Source: Lachnospiraceae bacterium
GTDB taxonomy: Bacteria > Bacillota_I > Bacilli_A > RFN20 > CAG-826
NCBI GenBank assembly: GCA_963654425.1
Contig: CAVKAR010000002.1
Coordinates: forward strand, 1,845 to 65,844
Direction: 5' to 3'
Length of the DNA: 64,000 nucleotides
Shown piece by piece: positions 51,975-62,559 of this stretch. The notes under the pieces were generated by a model that was not told where the DNA came from, searched no databases, and was given only the letters and a program-made list of their open reading frames with translations. Position 1 is the first letter of the stretch. Each line of letters opens with the position of its first letter. A program made the translations under genes and the position numbers.

Positions 51975-52853
51975 ATGCTTTTTGCCCGTAACACATTGAT
52001 ATTAAGGTCGTATGCAAAGATTAATGCTTCTTTGCGCATCCTCGGCAAACAAGAAAACGGTTATCACGAACTCGAGATGGTGTTTTTGCCATTAGAGCTT
52101 CACGACGTTATCGTGCTCACAAAACTCAAAAACAGCCCTGACTCCTTTATTACATGCGACGATATTGGCTTAGCCAACAATCGCCACAATCTCTGCATGA
52201 AAGCCTTAAAAGCCATGAGGGATGTTTTTCATTTCGAAGATCAGTTCAATATCGAGATACACAAAGAGATTCCCTATGCCGCTGGTTTAGGCGGAGGCAG
52301 CAGCAACGCGGCCGCAATAATACAAGGCATAAACAAGCTCCTCCATCTCGGGGCTGATGATAAAACGCTGCGTGAAATAGGGCTATCAATCGGCGCGGAC
52401 GTTCCTTTCTTTTTTGAAAACAAACCCGCTATAGTGGGCGGAATCGGCGAAAAAATATCCCCATTCCCAATGAAAGAAAAGTGGTTCTGCTTGCTCATAA
52501 AGCCAAAAGAGGGATTAAGCACAAAAGCGGTCTATGCCGCCTATGATGCTTACGAAGCGAACAATGAACCGGTTAAAACCAAAGACGTTGTTGCGGCTTT
52601 GGAGACAGGCAATCTTGATCTTTTAAGCAAATCGATGTGCAATGACCTATTTTCGCCAGCCCAGAAACTATTGCCAAAGGTTGGAGAAATCGTCGACGAT
52701 TTGAAGAAACGCGGGCTAAATGCCTCTCTTATGACTGGTTCTGGCAGTGCGTGCTTTGCCTTAAGCAAAGATTTGAAAAAAATCAAAGAAGCCGGAAGGT
52801 CTTACGGAAAGAAAGGCTATACCTCAATTGTGACAAAGGTTATCAATGGCTGA
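51975..52853 (+). CDS. ispE: 4-diphosphocytidyl-2-C-methyl-D-erythritol kinase (GHMP family)
   Basis: AKINASLRILG N-terminus and GHMP motif PYAAGLGGGSSNAAA. Confidence 0.85.
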   Translation: MLFARNTLILRSYAKINASLRILGKQENGYHELEMVFLPLELHDVIVLTKLKNSPDSFITCDDIGLANNRHNLCMKALKAMRDVFHFEDQFNIEIHKEIPYAAGLGGGSSNAAAIIQGINKLLHLGADDKTLREIGLSIGADVPFFFENKPAIVGGIGEKISPFPMKEKWFCLLIKPKEGLSTKAVYAAYDAYEANNEPVKTKDVVAALETGNLDLLSKSMCNDLFSPAQKLLPKVGEIVDDLKKRGLNASLMTGSGSACFALSKDLKKIKEAGRSYGKKGYTSIVTKVING

Positions 52854-52904
52854 TTGCCTGTTTGCCTTAACTATTCTTGAGAAAACAATTCATAATAAGC
52901 GCGC

Positions 52905-53192
52905 ATGGATTTCAAGGTTATTTTCGGACATGATGTTTATGTAGACAACAACCGTGTTGGCTATATTTCAGCAAGTCACGGAAACAGTGCCTCTATCTTT
53001 TTTGGCGGCAGCAAATTGGGTGTTTTGACTAGCGATGGCGTGATTGAGCTTAAAGGCATCCCGTTTGGCCACATCGAAGAAAACATGGTTGTTTTCATTC
53101 ATAACAAAAAAGCCGGCAAAATAGACGAGAAATTCGACATGAGATTTGATTTGAAAGCCTTAACGAAGGCAATGGAAAGCGAAAGCGAATAA
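52905..53192 (+). CDS. Small hypothetical protein
   Basis: 95-aa ORF with a weak RBS. A terminator follows. Confidence 0.35.
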   Translation: MDFKVIFGHDVYVDNNRVGYISASHGNSASIFFGGSKLGVLTSDGVIELKGIPFGHIEENMVVFIHNKKAGKIDEKFDMRFDLKALTKAMESESE

Positions 53193-53242
53193 CGATCATT
53201 TTTCATTCGCTTCCACAAACAACGGTTGATAGACACCAAGAG

Positions 53243-53270
53243 AAAAGGCGCCATCGCTGGCGCCTTTCTT
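53243..53270. terminator. Bidirectional terminator between the small ORF and ppdK
   Basis: AGGCGCCATCGCTGGCGCCT hairpin with T-runs on both strands. Confidence 0.55.
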
Positions 53271-53282
53271 TAGGAGCAGATC

Positions 53283-55943
53283 TTATTTATTGCCTTTCGC
53301 TCTTTCGTGGATGATGTTGGCCTGAGCAGCCGCAAGTCTAGCAAGAGGTACACGGAACGGTGAGCAGGAGACATAATCCAAGCCAACCTCATCATAGAAG
53401 ATGATGGAAGCCGGATCGCCGCCGGTTTCACCGCAGACACCGACTAAGAGGTCTGGGCGAGTTGCGCGTCCGCGTTGGAAAGCAATCTTCACGAGTTCGC
53501 CGACACCCTCGACATCGATAGTCTGGAATGGGTCGAATTCGTAGATTTTGCGATCGTAGTAGAATGGGAGGAATTGACCGCTGTCATCACGGGAGAAGCC
53601 CATGGTGAGCTGTGTGAGGTCATTGGTGCCGAAACTGAAGAATTCCGCTTCTTTGGCAAGATCCCCAGCGCGTAAGGCGCCTCTTGGGATTTCGATCATC
53701 GTACCGACGTGGTAGACAAGCTTCTTGCCTTCCTTGCTCATCTCATCTTCAACAGCTTTGACAACGACGTCTTTGGCGAATTTGTATTCTTTGAGTTCGC
53801 CAGCGAGAGGAATCATGATTTCAGGTTCGACATCGTGGCCTAGCTCTTTGCTGGCTTTGATGGCGGCTTGGATGATCGCACGGGCGAGCATCGCATAGAT
53901 TTCTGGGTAAGCAACGCAGAGACGGACGCCACGGAAGCCCATCATTGGGTTGGCTTGGTGGAGTTGGTTGATGCGGTCTTTGACCTTTTGCTCGGTGACG
54001 TTGAGCTTATCGGCGATATCTTTGATTGTCGCTTCATCGGTGATTTCCGGCAAGAATTCGTGAAGTGGCGGATCGAGGAGACGGATATTGACAAGGCTAT
54101 CCGGGTTAGCCATGTACATATCATAGAAGTCGCCCATCAAGAACGGGCGGATTCTTTCCAAAGCAGCCTCTCTTTGTTCGGTGGTATCGGAAAGAATCAT
54201 CGAACGCATGTTGAGAATACGCTCTGGGGCGAAGAACATACGCTCGGTGCGGCAAAGGCCAATGCCTTCAGCGCCGAATTTTTGAGCGTTGTGCGCATCT
54301 TCAGGGGTATTGCAGTTGGCGCGGACTTTGAGACGGCGATATTTGTCAGCCCATCCCATTAAGCGTCCGAAGTCGCCACCCAAATCGGCTGGGACCATCT
54401 TGATGACGCCCTCATACACCAATCCGGTGGTGCCGTTGACGGAGAGAACATCGCCTTCATGGAAGACTTTGTCTCCGACTTTGACGGTTTTTTCTTCTTC
54501 GTTGACGACGATTTCGGTCGCACCGGCAACGCAGCATTTACCCATAGAGCGGGCAACGACGGCAGCGTGGCTTGTCATACCGCCGCGAGCGGTGAGGATG
54601 GCTTCGCTGTTGACCATACCGATGATGTCTTCTGGGGAGGTTTCCGCACGGACAAGAACGACTTTCTTGCCAGCGTCATGCCACTCTTTGCAAGTATCGG
54701 CGTCAAAGACGATTTGGCCAGTGCCAGCGCCTGGGGAGGCCGGCAAGCCTTTGATGACGGCATCATGAGCCTTCAAATCAGCTTCGTCGAAGGTTGGGTG
54801 GAGAAGGTCATTGAGCTGTTTCGGCTCAACGCGTAAGCAGGCCTCTCTTTCGTCGATGAGTCCTTCATCAACGAGGTCGCAGGCGATCTTCAAAGCGGCG
54901 CGAGCGGTTCTCTTGCCGTTACGGGTTTGCAAGAAGTAAAGTTTGCCTTTTTCGACGGTGTACTCCATGTCTTGCATATCTTTGAAGTAGGATTCCATGT
55001 TTTTGATCGTTTTGGTGAATTGATCATAAACATCTGGCATTCTCTTTTTGAGCTCATCGATGTGAAGCGGGGTTCTGACGCCAGCGACGACGTCTTCGCC
55101 TTGGGCGTTCGGAAGGAACTCAGCGTAGATTTCTTTGGTTCCATCGCTTGGAGAGCGGGAGAAGGCGACACCGGTGCCGGAATCTTCACCCATGTTTCCG
55201 AAGACCATGGATTGAACGTTGACAGCAGTGCCCCATTCATATGGGATGCCGTTCATTTGACGATAAACGTTCGCACGTGGGTTGTCCCAGCTGCGGAAAA
55301 CAGCCGCGACAGCTTCTTTGAGCTGATCGTATGGATCGGTTGGGAAGTCCTCATTGAAGACACCCTTGTAATAAGCTTTGTAAGCCGCGACAAGGTCTTT
55401 GAGCTGAGCAACTGTAACCTCGGTATCGAGTTTGTAGCCATTGTCGGTTTTGATTTTGTCGAGCATCGCGTCCATCTCGGTTCTTGGATGGCCTTTGGCG
55501 ATGTTTGTGAACATGAGCATGAAACGGCGATAGCTGTCCCAAGCAAAACGTTCATTGCCAGTGGCATCGACAAGTTCTTTGACGGTGACATCATTCAAAC
55601 CAAGGTTGAGGATGGTGTCCATCATGCCTGGCATTGATTGACGAGCGCCAGAACGGACCGAGACAAGGAGCGGCATTCCTTTTCCGCCGCCGAAGCTCTT
55701 ACCAACGGTTTTTTCGACATCGTGAACGTGGGCTACGATATCATTCCACACGAAATCAGGAATCTTTTTCCCGGAATCGTAGTAGAGATTGCAAGCTTCA
55801 GTGGAGATGGTGAAACCGGCGGGAATGTTGATCCCGGCAGCGGTCATTTCAGCCAAACCGAAGCCTTTTCCGCCAAGGATCTCTTTGCCTAAGTGGCCTT
55901 CATGAGCTTCCTTGAAGGAGTAAACGTACTTCTTTTCTGCCAT
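53283..55943 (-). CDS. ppdK: Pyruvate, phosphate dikinase
   Basis: 886 aa with PEP-utilizing and ATP-grasp domains. RBS AGGAGGA. Confidence 0.95.
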   Translation of the reverse strand: MAEKKYVYSFKEAHEGHLGKEILGGKGFGLAEMTAAGINIPAGFTISTEACNLYYDSGKKIPDFVWNDIVAHVHDVEKTVGKSFGGGKGMPLLVSVRSGARQSMPGMMDTILNLGLNDVTVKELVDATGNERFAWDSYRRFMLMFTNIAKGHPRTEMDAMLDKIKTDNGYKLDTEVTVAQLKDLVAAYKAYYKGVFNEDFPTDPYDQLKEAVAAVFRSWDNPRANVYRQMNGIPYEWGTAVNVQSMVFGNMGEDSGTGVAFSRSPSDGTKEIYAEFLPNAQGEDVVAGVRTPLHIDELKKRMPDVYDQFTKTIKNMESYFKDMQDMEYTVEKGKLYFLQTRNGKRTARAALKIACDLVDEGLIDEREACLRVEPKQLNDLLHPTFDEADLKAHDAVIKGLPASPGAGTGQIVFDADTCKEWHDAGKKVVLVRAETSPEDIIGMVNSEAILTARGGMTSHAAVVARSMGKCCVAGATEIVVNEEEKTVKVGDKVFHEGDVLSVNGTTGLVYEGVIKMVPADLGGDFGRLMGWADKYRRLKVRANCNTPEDAHNAQKFGAEGIGLCRTERMFFAPERILNMRSMILSDTTEQREAALERIRPFLMGDFYDMYMANPDSLVNIRLLDPPLHEFLPEITDEATIKDIADKLNVTEQKVKDRINQLHQANPMMGFRGVRLCVAYPEIYAMLARAIIQAAIKASKELGHDVEPEIMIPLAGELKEYKFAKDVVVKAVEDEMSKEGKKLVYHVGTMIEIPRGALRAGDLAKEAEFFSFGTNDLTQLTMGFSRDDSGQFLPFYYDRKIYEFDPFQTIDVEGVGELVKIAFQRGRATRPDLLVGVCGETGGDPASIIFYDEVGLDYVSCSPFRVPLARLAAAQANIIHERAKGNK

Positions 55944-56182
55944 ATTGTCCTCCTAATGACAATCTAACGAGCGCCCGAAAGCGCCCTGACGCGTTAAATA
56001 TTAACACGCTCCCTTTCTTCTTAGAAGAAAAAAGGAAGAAAAGAAGAGCGCTTTGAGGACTCGTAAAAATAAAGCAATTCATCAGTTTCAAAAAAGCTTT
56101 CTTTATATTTATGGTATATGGTCAAAATGCCTTGTTTTTGATGACCATGATTTGAAGGAGCGATTATTAAGAGGCAATTTGA

Positions 56183-57481
56183 CTATTTGTTTCCGATAAT
56201 GAAACTGACGGCATCAAATAAATCTTTTTTAACGTAATCGGCTTTCGCCTCGCCGTAAGCTTTGTCGGGGTGAGGGTCTCCGCTTGTCACGAGCACCGTT
56301 TTGCAACCAGCGTTTATGCCGGTTTGGACATCACGGCAGGTGTCTCCTATAAAATAACTGCTGCTAAAATCGATGTTATACTTGCTTTGCGCTTTGAGCA
56401 AAAGGCCGATTTTCGGTTTGCGGCATGAGCAATCGAATTTAAGCTCCTCCACTTCGCCGGCATACCCTTTATCCGGGTGATGTGGGCAGAAAAAGAGATC
56501 GTTCAAATACGCTCCCTCTTTCCCTAAAAGGGTCTCCATTTTGTTGTGTATCCCTTTCAATCCGTCAAAAGTCACTTCCCCTCTTGCTACGACTGGCTGG
56601 TTGGTAATGCAAATCGCCAAAAAGGAAGAGTCGTTTATAAGCTTGATGGCCGCCGAAGCTCCCGGACATAGATTCAGCATATCCTCTTTGATGACGAAAT
56701 CACCGAATTGATTGATGACGCCATCACGATCAAGAAAAATGGCTTTTTGCTTATTGCGCAAGGATTTTGCGGAGATAATGCCATTGATTGAATCGCTATT
56801 TACAGACAAGAAGCGTTCTGGCGTCCCGCAATCTTTCACGTATTCGCTGCTTCTATATGCAAATGCCTCGCCTTTTTTGATGTAAAAGGAAAGGAGATCC
56901 TTTTCAAAATCAATCTTTCCGGGTTCATTTGCGAAAGCGAACACTTTCGGGCTAACGACGTACAAACCGGCGTTTGTTAGGTTCTCGTAATAATAATCGC
57001 GGGTGTTGTTCTTGCTATCGATTGATAAGATTCTCTCTTCGCCATCAACGACAAGCAAATCGCTATCGAATGGATGGCTGTTCGGGTGGGCAAACGATGT
57101 CAAAACCGACTTCTTCTCTTTATGGAAAGCCAAAAACCTCATCCAGTCGACATCCAACATCAAATCGCCAAAGACCACGAAAAAATCTTCCGTGAAATCG
57201 TCTTTGAGATAAGCTAAAGCCCCGGCCGTCCCCAATGGCTGCTCTTCTTTGATGTATTTAATCGATATTCCAAAATTGCTGCCGTTTCCAAAATAAGCCG
57301 GTATCGAATCCCCTGTTGTGCTTATCACGATCACAACTTCGTTGACGCCAGAAAGAGCCAAAGAAGAAAGCTGCCACTCAAGAATGGGCTTTCCGTTGAC
57401 TTTAACCATCGGCTTTGGTAAATCGCCGCTTATGGATTTTAAGCGAGTTCCGGCGCCGCCTGCCTGAATCAATGCCTTCAT
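56183..57481 (-). CDS. Bifunctional sugar-1-phosphate nucleotidyltransferase (HddC-like) fused to a HAD phosphatase with the GmhB signature DRDGVIN
   Basis: N-terminus MKALIQAGGAGTRL (GxGxR nucleotidyltransferase). C-terminal FLDRDGVINQ ... GD motif typical of D,D-heptose-1,7-bisphosphate phosphatase. Confidence 0.7.
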   Translation of the reverse strand: MKALIQAGGAGTRLKSISGDLPKPMVKVNGKPILEWQLSSLALSGVNEVVIVISTTGDSIPAYFGNGSNFGISIKYIKEEQPLGTAGALAYLKDDFTEDFFVVFGDLMLDVDWMRFLAFHKEKKSVLTSFAHPNSHPFDSDLLVVDGEERILSIDSKNNTRDYYYENLTNAGLYVVSPKVFAFANEPGKIDFEKDLLSFYIKKGEAFAYRSSEYVKDCGTPERFLSVNSDSINGIISAKSLRNKQKAIFLDRDGVINQFGDFVIKEDMLNLCPGASAAIKLINDSSFLAICITNQPVVARGEVTFDGLKGIHNKMETLLGKEGAYLNDLFFCPHHPDKGYAGEVEELKFDCSCRKPKIGLLLKAQSKYNIDFSSSYFIGDTCRDVQTGINAGCKTVLVTSGDPHPDKAYGEAKADYVKKDLFDAVSFIIGNK

Positions 57482-57482
57482 A

Positions 57483-58463
57483 TTACTCCATGAAAATTAT
57501 CGAAGCGCCTGCCTGATCGAATTCAAAAGACATCTCTTGATACGAAGATAAAGCCTCTCTGATTTTCGTTTTCGCTTTTTCCTCTGGCACATAGAACATC
57601 AAAAACCCGCCACCGCCTGCTCCTAATAGCTTCCCGCCAGTCGCGCCGCAGCTCATCGCCTTTTCATAAATCTCGTCGATCAAAGGATTGCTGATGCCAC
57701 TTGATAAATTGCGCTTGATGTTCCAGCTTTCTTTGAGGATGGGGCCTAAGGCATCGATGTCATTTTGCTCAAAGTGAGCTTTCAATTCTCGCGTAAGCAC
57801 GCACATTTTCTTTGTTGCCTCAATTTTGGCTTCATCGCTTGCGAGATTGCTCGTTTCTTCTTTTAATATGGAATTAGCGTTGTGCGTTAAGCCGGTATAG
57901 AAGAGAAGAATGTTGCTTTGTAGCCTCGCTCTGGATTCGTGCCGCATTATGATTGGCTCAACTTTAACGAAGCCGTCTGGCAAAAATTCATAAAAACGCA
58001 AACCGCCGTAAGCGGCTGCGAATTGATCTTGCTTGCCGATTGGGTTGCCCAATTTTTCTATCTCAACCTCACACGCTTCCTTTGCGATTTTGTAAGTGGA
58101 GGCGTTTTTTTCGGTATAGGTGTATAAAAGCTTGAGCAAAGCGACGGTGAAAGACGAAGACGAGCCTAGTCCTGTGCCAGCTGGGATATCGGCCATGGAA
58201 GTAACCTCAACCCCTTTTACCCCGAAATCGCTGAAAACCTGATTGAAGATGCGGTGCTCTATTTTATGAGGGTCGGTAACGACTTCGGTTTGGGAGTATT
58301 TGAGCGTTATCGTATCAACGTTAAATGCTTTGTTGATTGTCAAATACATGTACTTGCGGATAGACGTGCTTAACACACAGCCACCGTGTTTTTCGTAAAA
58401 AGAAGGGATGTCGCTCCCTCCGCCACAGAAACTGACCCTGAATGGTGCTCTTGAGATAATCAT
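57483..58463 (-). CDS. hddA: GHMP sugar kinase, HddA-like (D-glycero-D-manno-heptose 7-phosphate kinase)
   Basis: RAPFRVSFCGGGSD N-terminus resembles the HddA/fucokinase GHMP motif. Its stop is coupled to the downstream fusion gene (TAA-T-ATG, GGAG RBS inside the 3-prime end). Confidence 0.55.
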   Translation of the reverse strand: MIISRAPFRVSFCGGGSDIPSFYEKHGGCVLSTSIRKYMYLTINKAFNVDTITLKYSQTEVVTDPHKIEHRIFNQVFSDFGVKGVEVTSMADIPAGTGLGSSSSFTVALLKLLYTYTEKNASTYKIAKEACEVEIEKLGNPIGKQDQFAAAYGGLRFYEFLPDGFVKVEPIIMRHESRARLQSNILLFYTGLTHNANSILKEETSNLASDEAKIEATKKMCVLTRELKAHFEQNDIDALGPILKESWNIKRNLSSGISNPLIDEIYEKAMSCGATGGKLLGAGGGGFLMFYVPEEKAKTKIREALSSYQEMSFEFDQAGASIIFME

Positions 58464-58545
58464 AAACCGACGATGTTTTTCGCGTTGATATGATAACACA
58501 TACTGTTGTGTCTACGTGGTAAAATAACCTCGAGGTTTTTAATTT

Positions 58546-60105
58546 ATGAGCGATTCCCCCTATATATTGACCATGGATTTTGGCACGCAAAGCGTCCGTG
58601 TGGGCATCTTTGATGAAAAAGGCGAAGTCATCGCCATGGAGAAGGAAAAATACGAACCGGCTTATTTCTCGTCTAAGCCGACTTACGCAGAGCAAAACCC
58701 CGATTATTATTTCGAGTGCTTGTGCAAATGCACGCAGCGTCTTGCAAAAAGCAACGCCAAGGCGATAAGTTCGTTAAAAGGCATTACCTTGACTTGCTTT
58801 CGCGACAGCGCTGTGCTTCTCGATAAAGACAGAAACGTCATTCGCCCGATGATTCTTTGGCTCGATCAAAGAATGGCTGAATGCAAAGAGAAATTGCCAT
58901 TTTCCTCGAGAGCCATATTTAGGTTAGTGGGAAAGACCGAGACCATAAACTTCAATAGAAAACGCGCCGTTGCCAATTGGATAAAAGAAAACGAACCGGA
59001 GAATTACGCGAAAATTGACAAATTCTTGCCGGTATCGACCTATTTCATTTACTTGTTGACAGGCGAAATGAAAGATAGCTCCAGCAACATGGCGGGTCAC
59101 TACCCAATCGATTTCAAGCACCGCCGTTGGTACAAAGACGCTGAACACCATTTTCAAGGTCAGATATTCGGCATCAAGAACGCTTGGCTGAACGAAATCG
59201 TCCCCGAAGGATCCCTTATCGGCGGAATAAGCAAAGCTGCATCGGCGAAGACAGGATTGCCAGAAGGCCTTCCGATGTATGCCTGCGGCAGCGATAAATC
59301 TTGCGAAACATTAGGGTTAGGCGTCATAGACGATGAATGCGCCGCTATATCATATGGGACGGCTTCAACTGTCGAAACGACGAGAAAACGCTACACCGAG
59401 TCAGAGCCTTTTTTGCCAGGCTATCCTTCTGCGATACCTTCCTATTACAACATGGATATTCAAATATACCGTGGGTATTGGATGATCAATTGGTTCTTGA
59501 AGGAGTTTGGGGGAGTCGAGATCGACGACATGATTTCAACGGATTCCTTAACCAGCAAATTCAACGAAAACCTCAACCAGGTCCCTCCAGGATGCGATGG
59601 GCTTATCCTTCAGCCTTATTGGGGCCCTGGGCTAGCGAGACCCCTAGCAAAAGGCGCGATCGTTGGATTTTCAGATGCCATAACGAGCGAGCATGTTTAT
59701 CGTGCGATCATTGAAGGAATCGCTTACGCCTTAAGAGAGGGGCTTGAGCATTTCGAAAAGAAAATACATCACAAAATCCCTGCAATTCGCATAAGCGGCG
59801 GAGGATCGCAAAGCGACGATATCTGTCAAATAACCGCCGATATACTGGGAAAACCCGTTTCAAGAGTGCAAACATTCGAAACAAGTTCCTTGGGAGCCGC
59901 AATTGCAGGGTTTTTAGCGATTAACAAATACAAAACCCCGCAAGAAGCCGTTAAAAACATGGTCCGTGTGAGCAAGACATTCGAACCAAACAAAGACAAC
60001 AAAGAAAGATATGATTATTTGTTTGAGCATTGCTACGAGAAAATGTACCCTTCGCTGAAAGACATCTATACTTCAATCAAAAGATACGGCAAGAAATACC
60101 AGTAG
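58546..60105 (+). CDS. FGGY-family carbohydrate kinase
   Basis: N-terminal ILTMDFGTQSVRVGIFD and C-terminal GGGSQSD motifs typical of glycerol/xylulo/ribulo/sedoheptulo-kinases. Confidence 0.8.
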   Translation: MSDSPYILTMDFGTQSVRVGIFDEKGEVIAMEKEKYEPAYFSSKPTYAEQNPDYYFECLCKCTQRLAKSNAKAISSLKGITLTCFRDSAVLLDKDRNVIRPMILWLDQRMAECKEKLPFSSRAIFRLVGKTETINFNRKRAVANWIKENEPENYAKIDKFLPVSTYFIYLLTGEMKDSSSNMAGHYPIDFKHRRWYKDAEHHFQGQIFGIKNAWLNEIVPEGSLIGGISKAASAKTGLPEGLPMYACGSDKSCETLGLGVIDDECAAISYGTASTVETTRKRYTESEPFLPGYPSAIPSYYNMDIQIYRGYWMINWFLKEFGGVEIDDMISTDSLTSKFNENLNQVPPGCDGLILQPYWGPGLARPLAKGAIVGFSDAITSEHVYRAIIEGIAYALREGLEHFEKKIHHKIPAIRISGGGSQSDDICQITADILGKPVSRVQTFETSSLGAAIAGFLAINKYKTPQEAVKNMVRVSKTFEPNKDNKERYDYLFEHCYEKMYPSLKDIYTSIKRYGKKYQ

Positions 60106-60112
60106 CGTTTTC

Positions 60113-61345
60113 TTATTTCCCGTTCGCGGTGTTAAAGAAAACGTCTTTCGTTTTTTCCGCGAATGTTTTCTTTTTCGGAGCCTCTTTTTGAGGACGGTTT
60201 TCATCGTTTATCTTTTTGGCTTTCTTTTTCGCGCTTTCATCGGCCTTCCTGAATTCTTTTTCGTCTAGCGGAGCGTTTACCGTTACTTGCTGGAATGGGA
60301 CCAAGATGTTTTCTTTTTTGAATTCGAGATATATTTCGCGGTTGAGATCGCGCGTCACTTGGAAGCGATCGCCTTCATCGGCCCAGCACAAAAAGCCTAA
60401 TTCAACCCCGTACCCATTAAATCCAGACACTCCTTTGTAATACGGGCCATCGGTGATGGCTGGGACGCGTTTTTTGATCTCTGGCAAGAAATTCGCGATG
60501 ACGGCCTCAGCTCTTTCTAAATCTTCGCGATAGGAGATATTGACGGTGAGAAAAATCAAGCTAGGCCCGCGAGAAAGGTTCGTGACAGTGGTTATGGCGG
60601 AATTGTTGATGGCTTTCTCGTTGCCTCCCCAATCCAGCACCTTGGTAGATTTTAAACCGATATCGCTGACCATTCCCCTGAACCCATCGATAATCACGAC
60701 ATCACCAACGTCATAGAAATCATCGAAGACGATGAATAGCCCGCTTATGACGTCTTGTATTAGGCTTTGGCAGCCAAGCCCAACAATGAGCGTCAATACG
60801 CCGATACCCGCCAAAATACTTGCGATATCAATGCCCCAAATCGTAAGGATTTTCGCCGCGCATATCAAAACGATTATGTATTTTATGAGGCTTCTGATGA
60901 GACTTCCGACCGTCTTGGCTTTTTTGCCTTCGAAAGTCGCTATCTTGATAATGAAGTTCAAGATGAAGGCGACGACAAAGCCAATGGCGATGGTCACGGC
61001 AGTGCCGATCCACTTAGAAGCTGGGGCAATCTCAGTGAAGTAAACGAAGCCGTTTTTGACCCCTTCCCCGAACAACGCATCGCCAACCTCATCCCCAAAA
61101 AGCTGACGGGCGAAAATGTATCCGTTCAGCGTCAATAAAGCGACGATGAAAACGAAAACGGAAACGATGAAATTGGTTTTTTGCGCCTTGCTTTTGCTTT
61201 TCCACCAATTCTCCCGCTTTTTTTCTTTTTCGATTTTTTGTTCTTGGACGATGCGTTTTTCTTCGTTCACTATCTCTCTCCACGCTGAGGGATCTTTTTC
61301 GCTTGCGATGGCCTCTTTCGGATCGATTTTCTGTGGTTTTTTCAT
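60113..61345 (-). CDS. Mechanosensitive channel, MscS family
   Basis: TM3 and beta-domain signature GVLTLIVGLGCQSLIQDVISGLFIVFDDFYDVGDVVIIDGFRGMVSDIGLKSTKV. Confidence 0.85.
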   Translation of the reverse strand: MKKPQKIDPKEAIASEKDPSAWREIVNEEKRIVQEQKIEKEKKRENWWKSKSKAQKTNFIVSVFVFIVALLTLNGYIFARQLFGDEVGDALFGEGVKNGFVYFTEIAPASKWIGTAVTIAIGFVVAFILNFIIKIATFEGKKAKTVGSLIRSLIKYIIVLICAAKILTIWGIDIASILAGIGVLTLIVGLGCQSLIQDVISGLFIVFDDFYDVGDVVIIDGFRGMVSDIGLKSTKVLDWGGNEKAINNSAITTVTNLSRGPSLIFLTVNISYREDLERAEAVIANFLPEIKKRVPAITDGPYYKGVSGFNGYGVELGFLCWADEGDRFQVTRDLNREIYLEFKKENILVPFQQVTVNAPLDEKEFRKADESAKKKAKKINDENRPQKEAPKKKTFAEKTKDVFFNTANGK

Positions 61346-61869
61346 TCTGCTGAGCCTCCTTGAATCGTATATTCGCCTATTGTTTTTTGATAATCGGACA
61401 GGCTGGCGATTAAACGTGTGCTTATTTTCATTTCCAACGAATAATCGACGATCGTTATCTTTCCCTCATGCTGCTTGTTTTCGCTGACGTCGATAACATG
61501 CAGCACCTCGTCTTTTATCGACACGGTGTATGTAAGCGAATACTTTTTGTTGTTTGAGACGACAAACGAATAATGGAGTTCTTGGTCAACTACGGATTGC
61601 GCGATTTTATCAACACTTGGAAGAGAGGGGAGATAGGCGTTTGCGAAAATCGCCGTGCCGAATAGAGCCGTGGCCCCAAGAGAAAGAGCGGCCGCTACTT
61701 TTTTGGTTCTCTCATCTTCTCTTTTTGCTGCGGCATAATTCGTGTCCTGCTTTGAAAAAAAGCTCTCGGAAAGAGAAAGCTCGTCCGATGTTTCAACGTT
61801 ATTCGGGGAAGCGTTGAAATTTGTGGCGATATTGTCGGTTTGAAGGTCGTTTATCTCGCTTTCCCTCAT
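61342..61869 (-). CDS. Hypothetical single-pass membrane protein
   Basis: Acidic N-terminus, one TM, extracytoplasmic C-terminal domain. 4-nt overlap with the MscS gene. The listed ORF start is a TTG; ATG for MRESE used. Confidence 0.5.
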   Translation of the reverse strand: MRESEINDLQTDNIATNFNASPNNVETSDELSLSESFFSKQDTNYAAAKREDERTKKVAAALSLGATALFGTAIFANAYLPSLPSVDKIAQSVVDQELHYSFVVSNNKKYSLTYTVSIKDEVLHVIDVSENKQHEGKITIVDYSLEMKISTRLIASLSDYQKTIGEYTIQGGSAE

Positions 61870-61917
61870 GCCTAGATAATACAATCAGGCAAAAGAAAAT
61901 AGAATGCTTAACTCGGC

Positions 61918-62517
61918 TTAGAAAAAGCGGGAGATTGTTTCAAAAGAAACACTGTCCCCTTGCTTTTTGATTCTTCTGAAGAGACGTCCGACGGCGAGAT
62001 CGCAGAAGGCGTTCACGAGTTGATTCAAATCGCCAGAGCGTATCAGCCCGAGATTCATGGCTTCTTTCACCATTTGGCGAAAAAGAAATTTGTCTGTTTT
62101 TTCGTAAAAGGCTGATGGAACAAACTGGATATCGAAATCATCCATGGCAAGAGTCGCATAATATTCGACGACATCTTCCTCGGCCGTGAAGATTCTGACA
62201 AACGTATCGATGACCTTTTTAAGCCCGTCAGTCTCGCCCTGACCGCTCCATTTTTTAAACGGGATAAAATAAATTCCGTCATTTCTAGTCAAGACATCTC
62301 GCTCAGCCGCCAGAAAAACCTCTTCTTTGTTTTTATAGTAGGTATAAAAGTGGCCGTGTGAAGAGTTTATGAATTTTGTTATATCGTCAACACGAACGTT
62401 TTGGAAGCCCATCCTCGAGAACAAATAAAGCGCAGCCTCGCGAATCTCCCTCTTCTTCGTGTCTCTTATGATTTTGTTTTCTTCAAAAGACCTCGGCATT
62501 GCCAAACCCTCCTCCAT
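61918..62517 (-). CDS. TetR/AcrR-family transcriptional regulator
   Basis: N-terminal HTH (REAALYLFSRMGFQNVRVDDITKFI). Confidence 0.75.
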   Translation of the reverse strand: MEEGLAMPRSFEENKIIRDTKKREIREAALYLFSRMGFQNVRVDDITKFINSSHGHFYTYYKNKEEVFLAAERDVLTRNDGIYFIPFKKWSGQGETDGLKKVIDTFVRIFTAEEDVVEYYATLAMDDFDIQFVPSAFYEKTDKFLFRQMVKEAMNLGLIRSGDLNQLVNAFCDLAVGRLFRRIKKQGDSVSFETISRFF

Positions 62518-62559
62518 TATTGAAAAAAACGTGTATATGGTTTCGCTTTTTGCGAAAGA

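Noticed and set aside
56053-56075. A TTTTTACGAG motif in the ppdK leader that resembles the Fic-flanking half-site.
   Set aside because: It is a single occurrence with no inverted partner, so it is likely chance.
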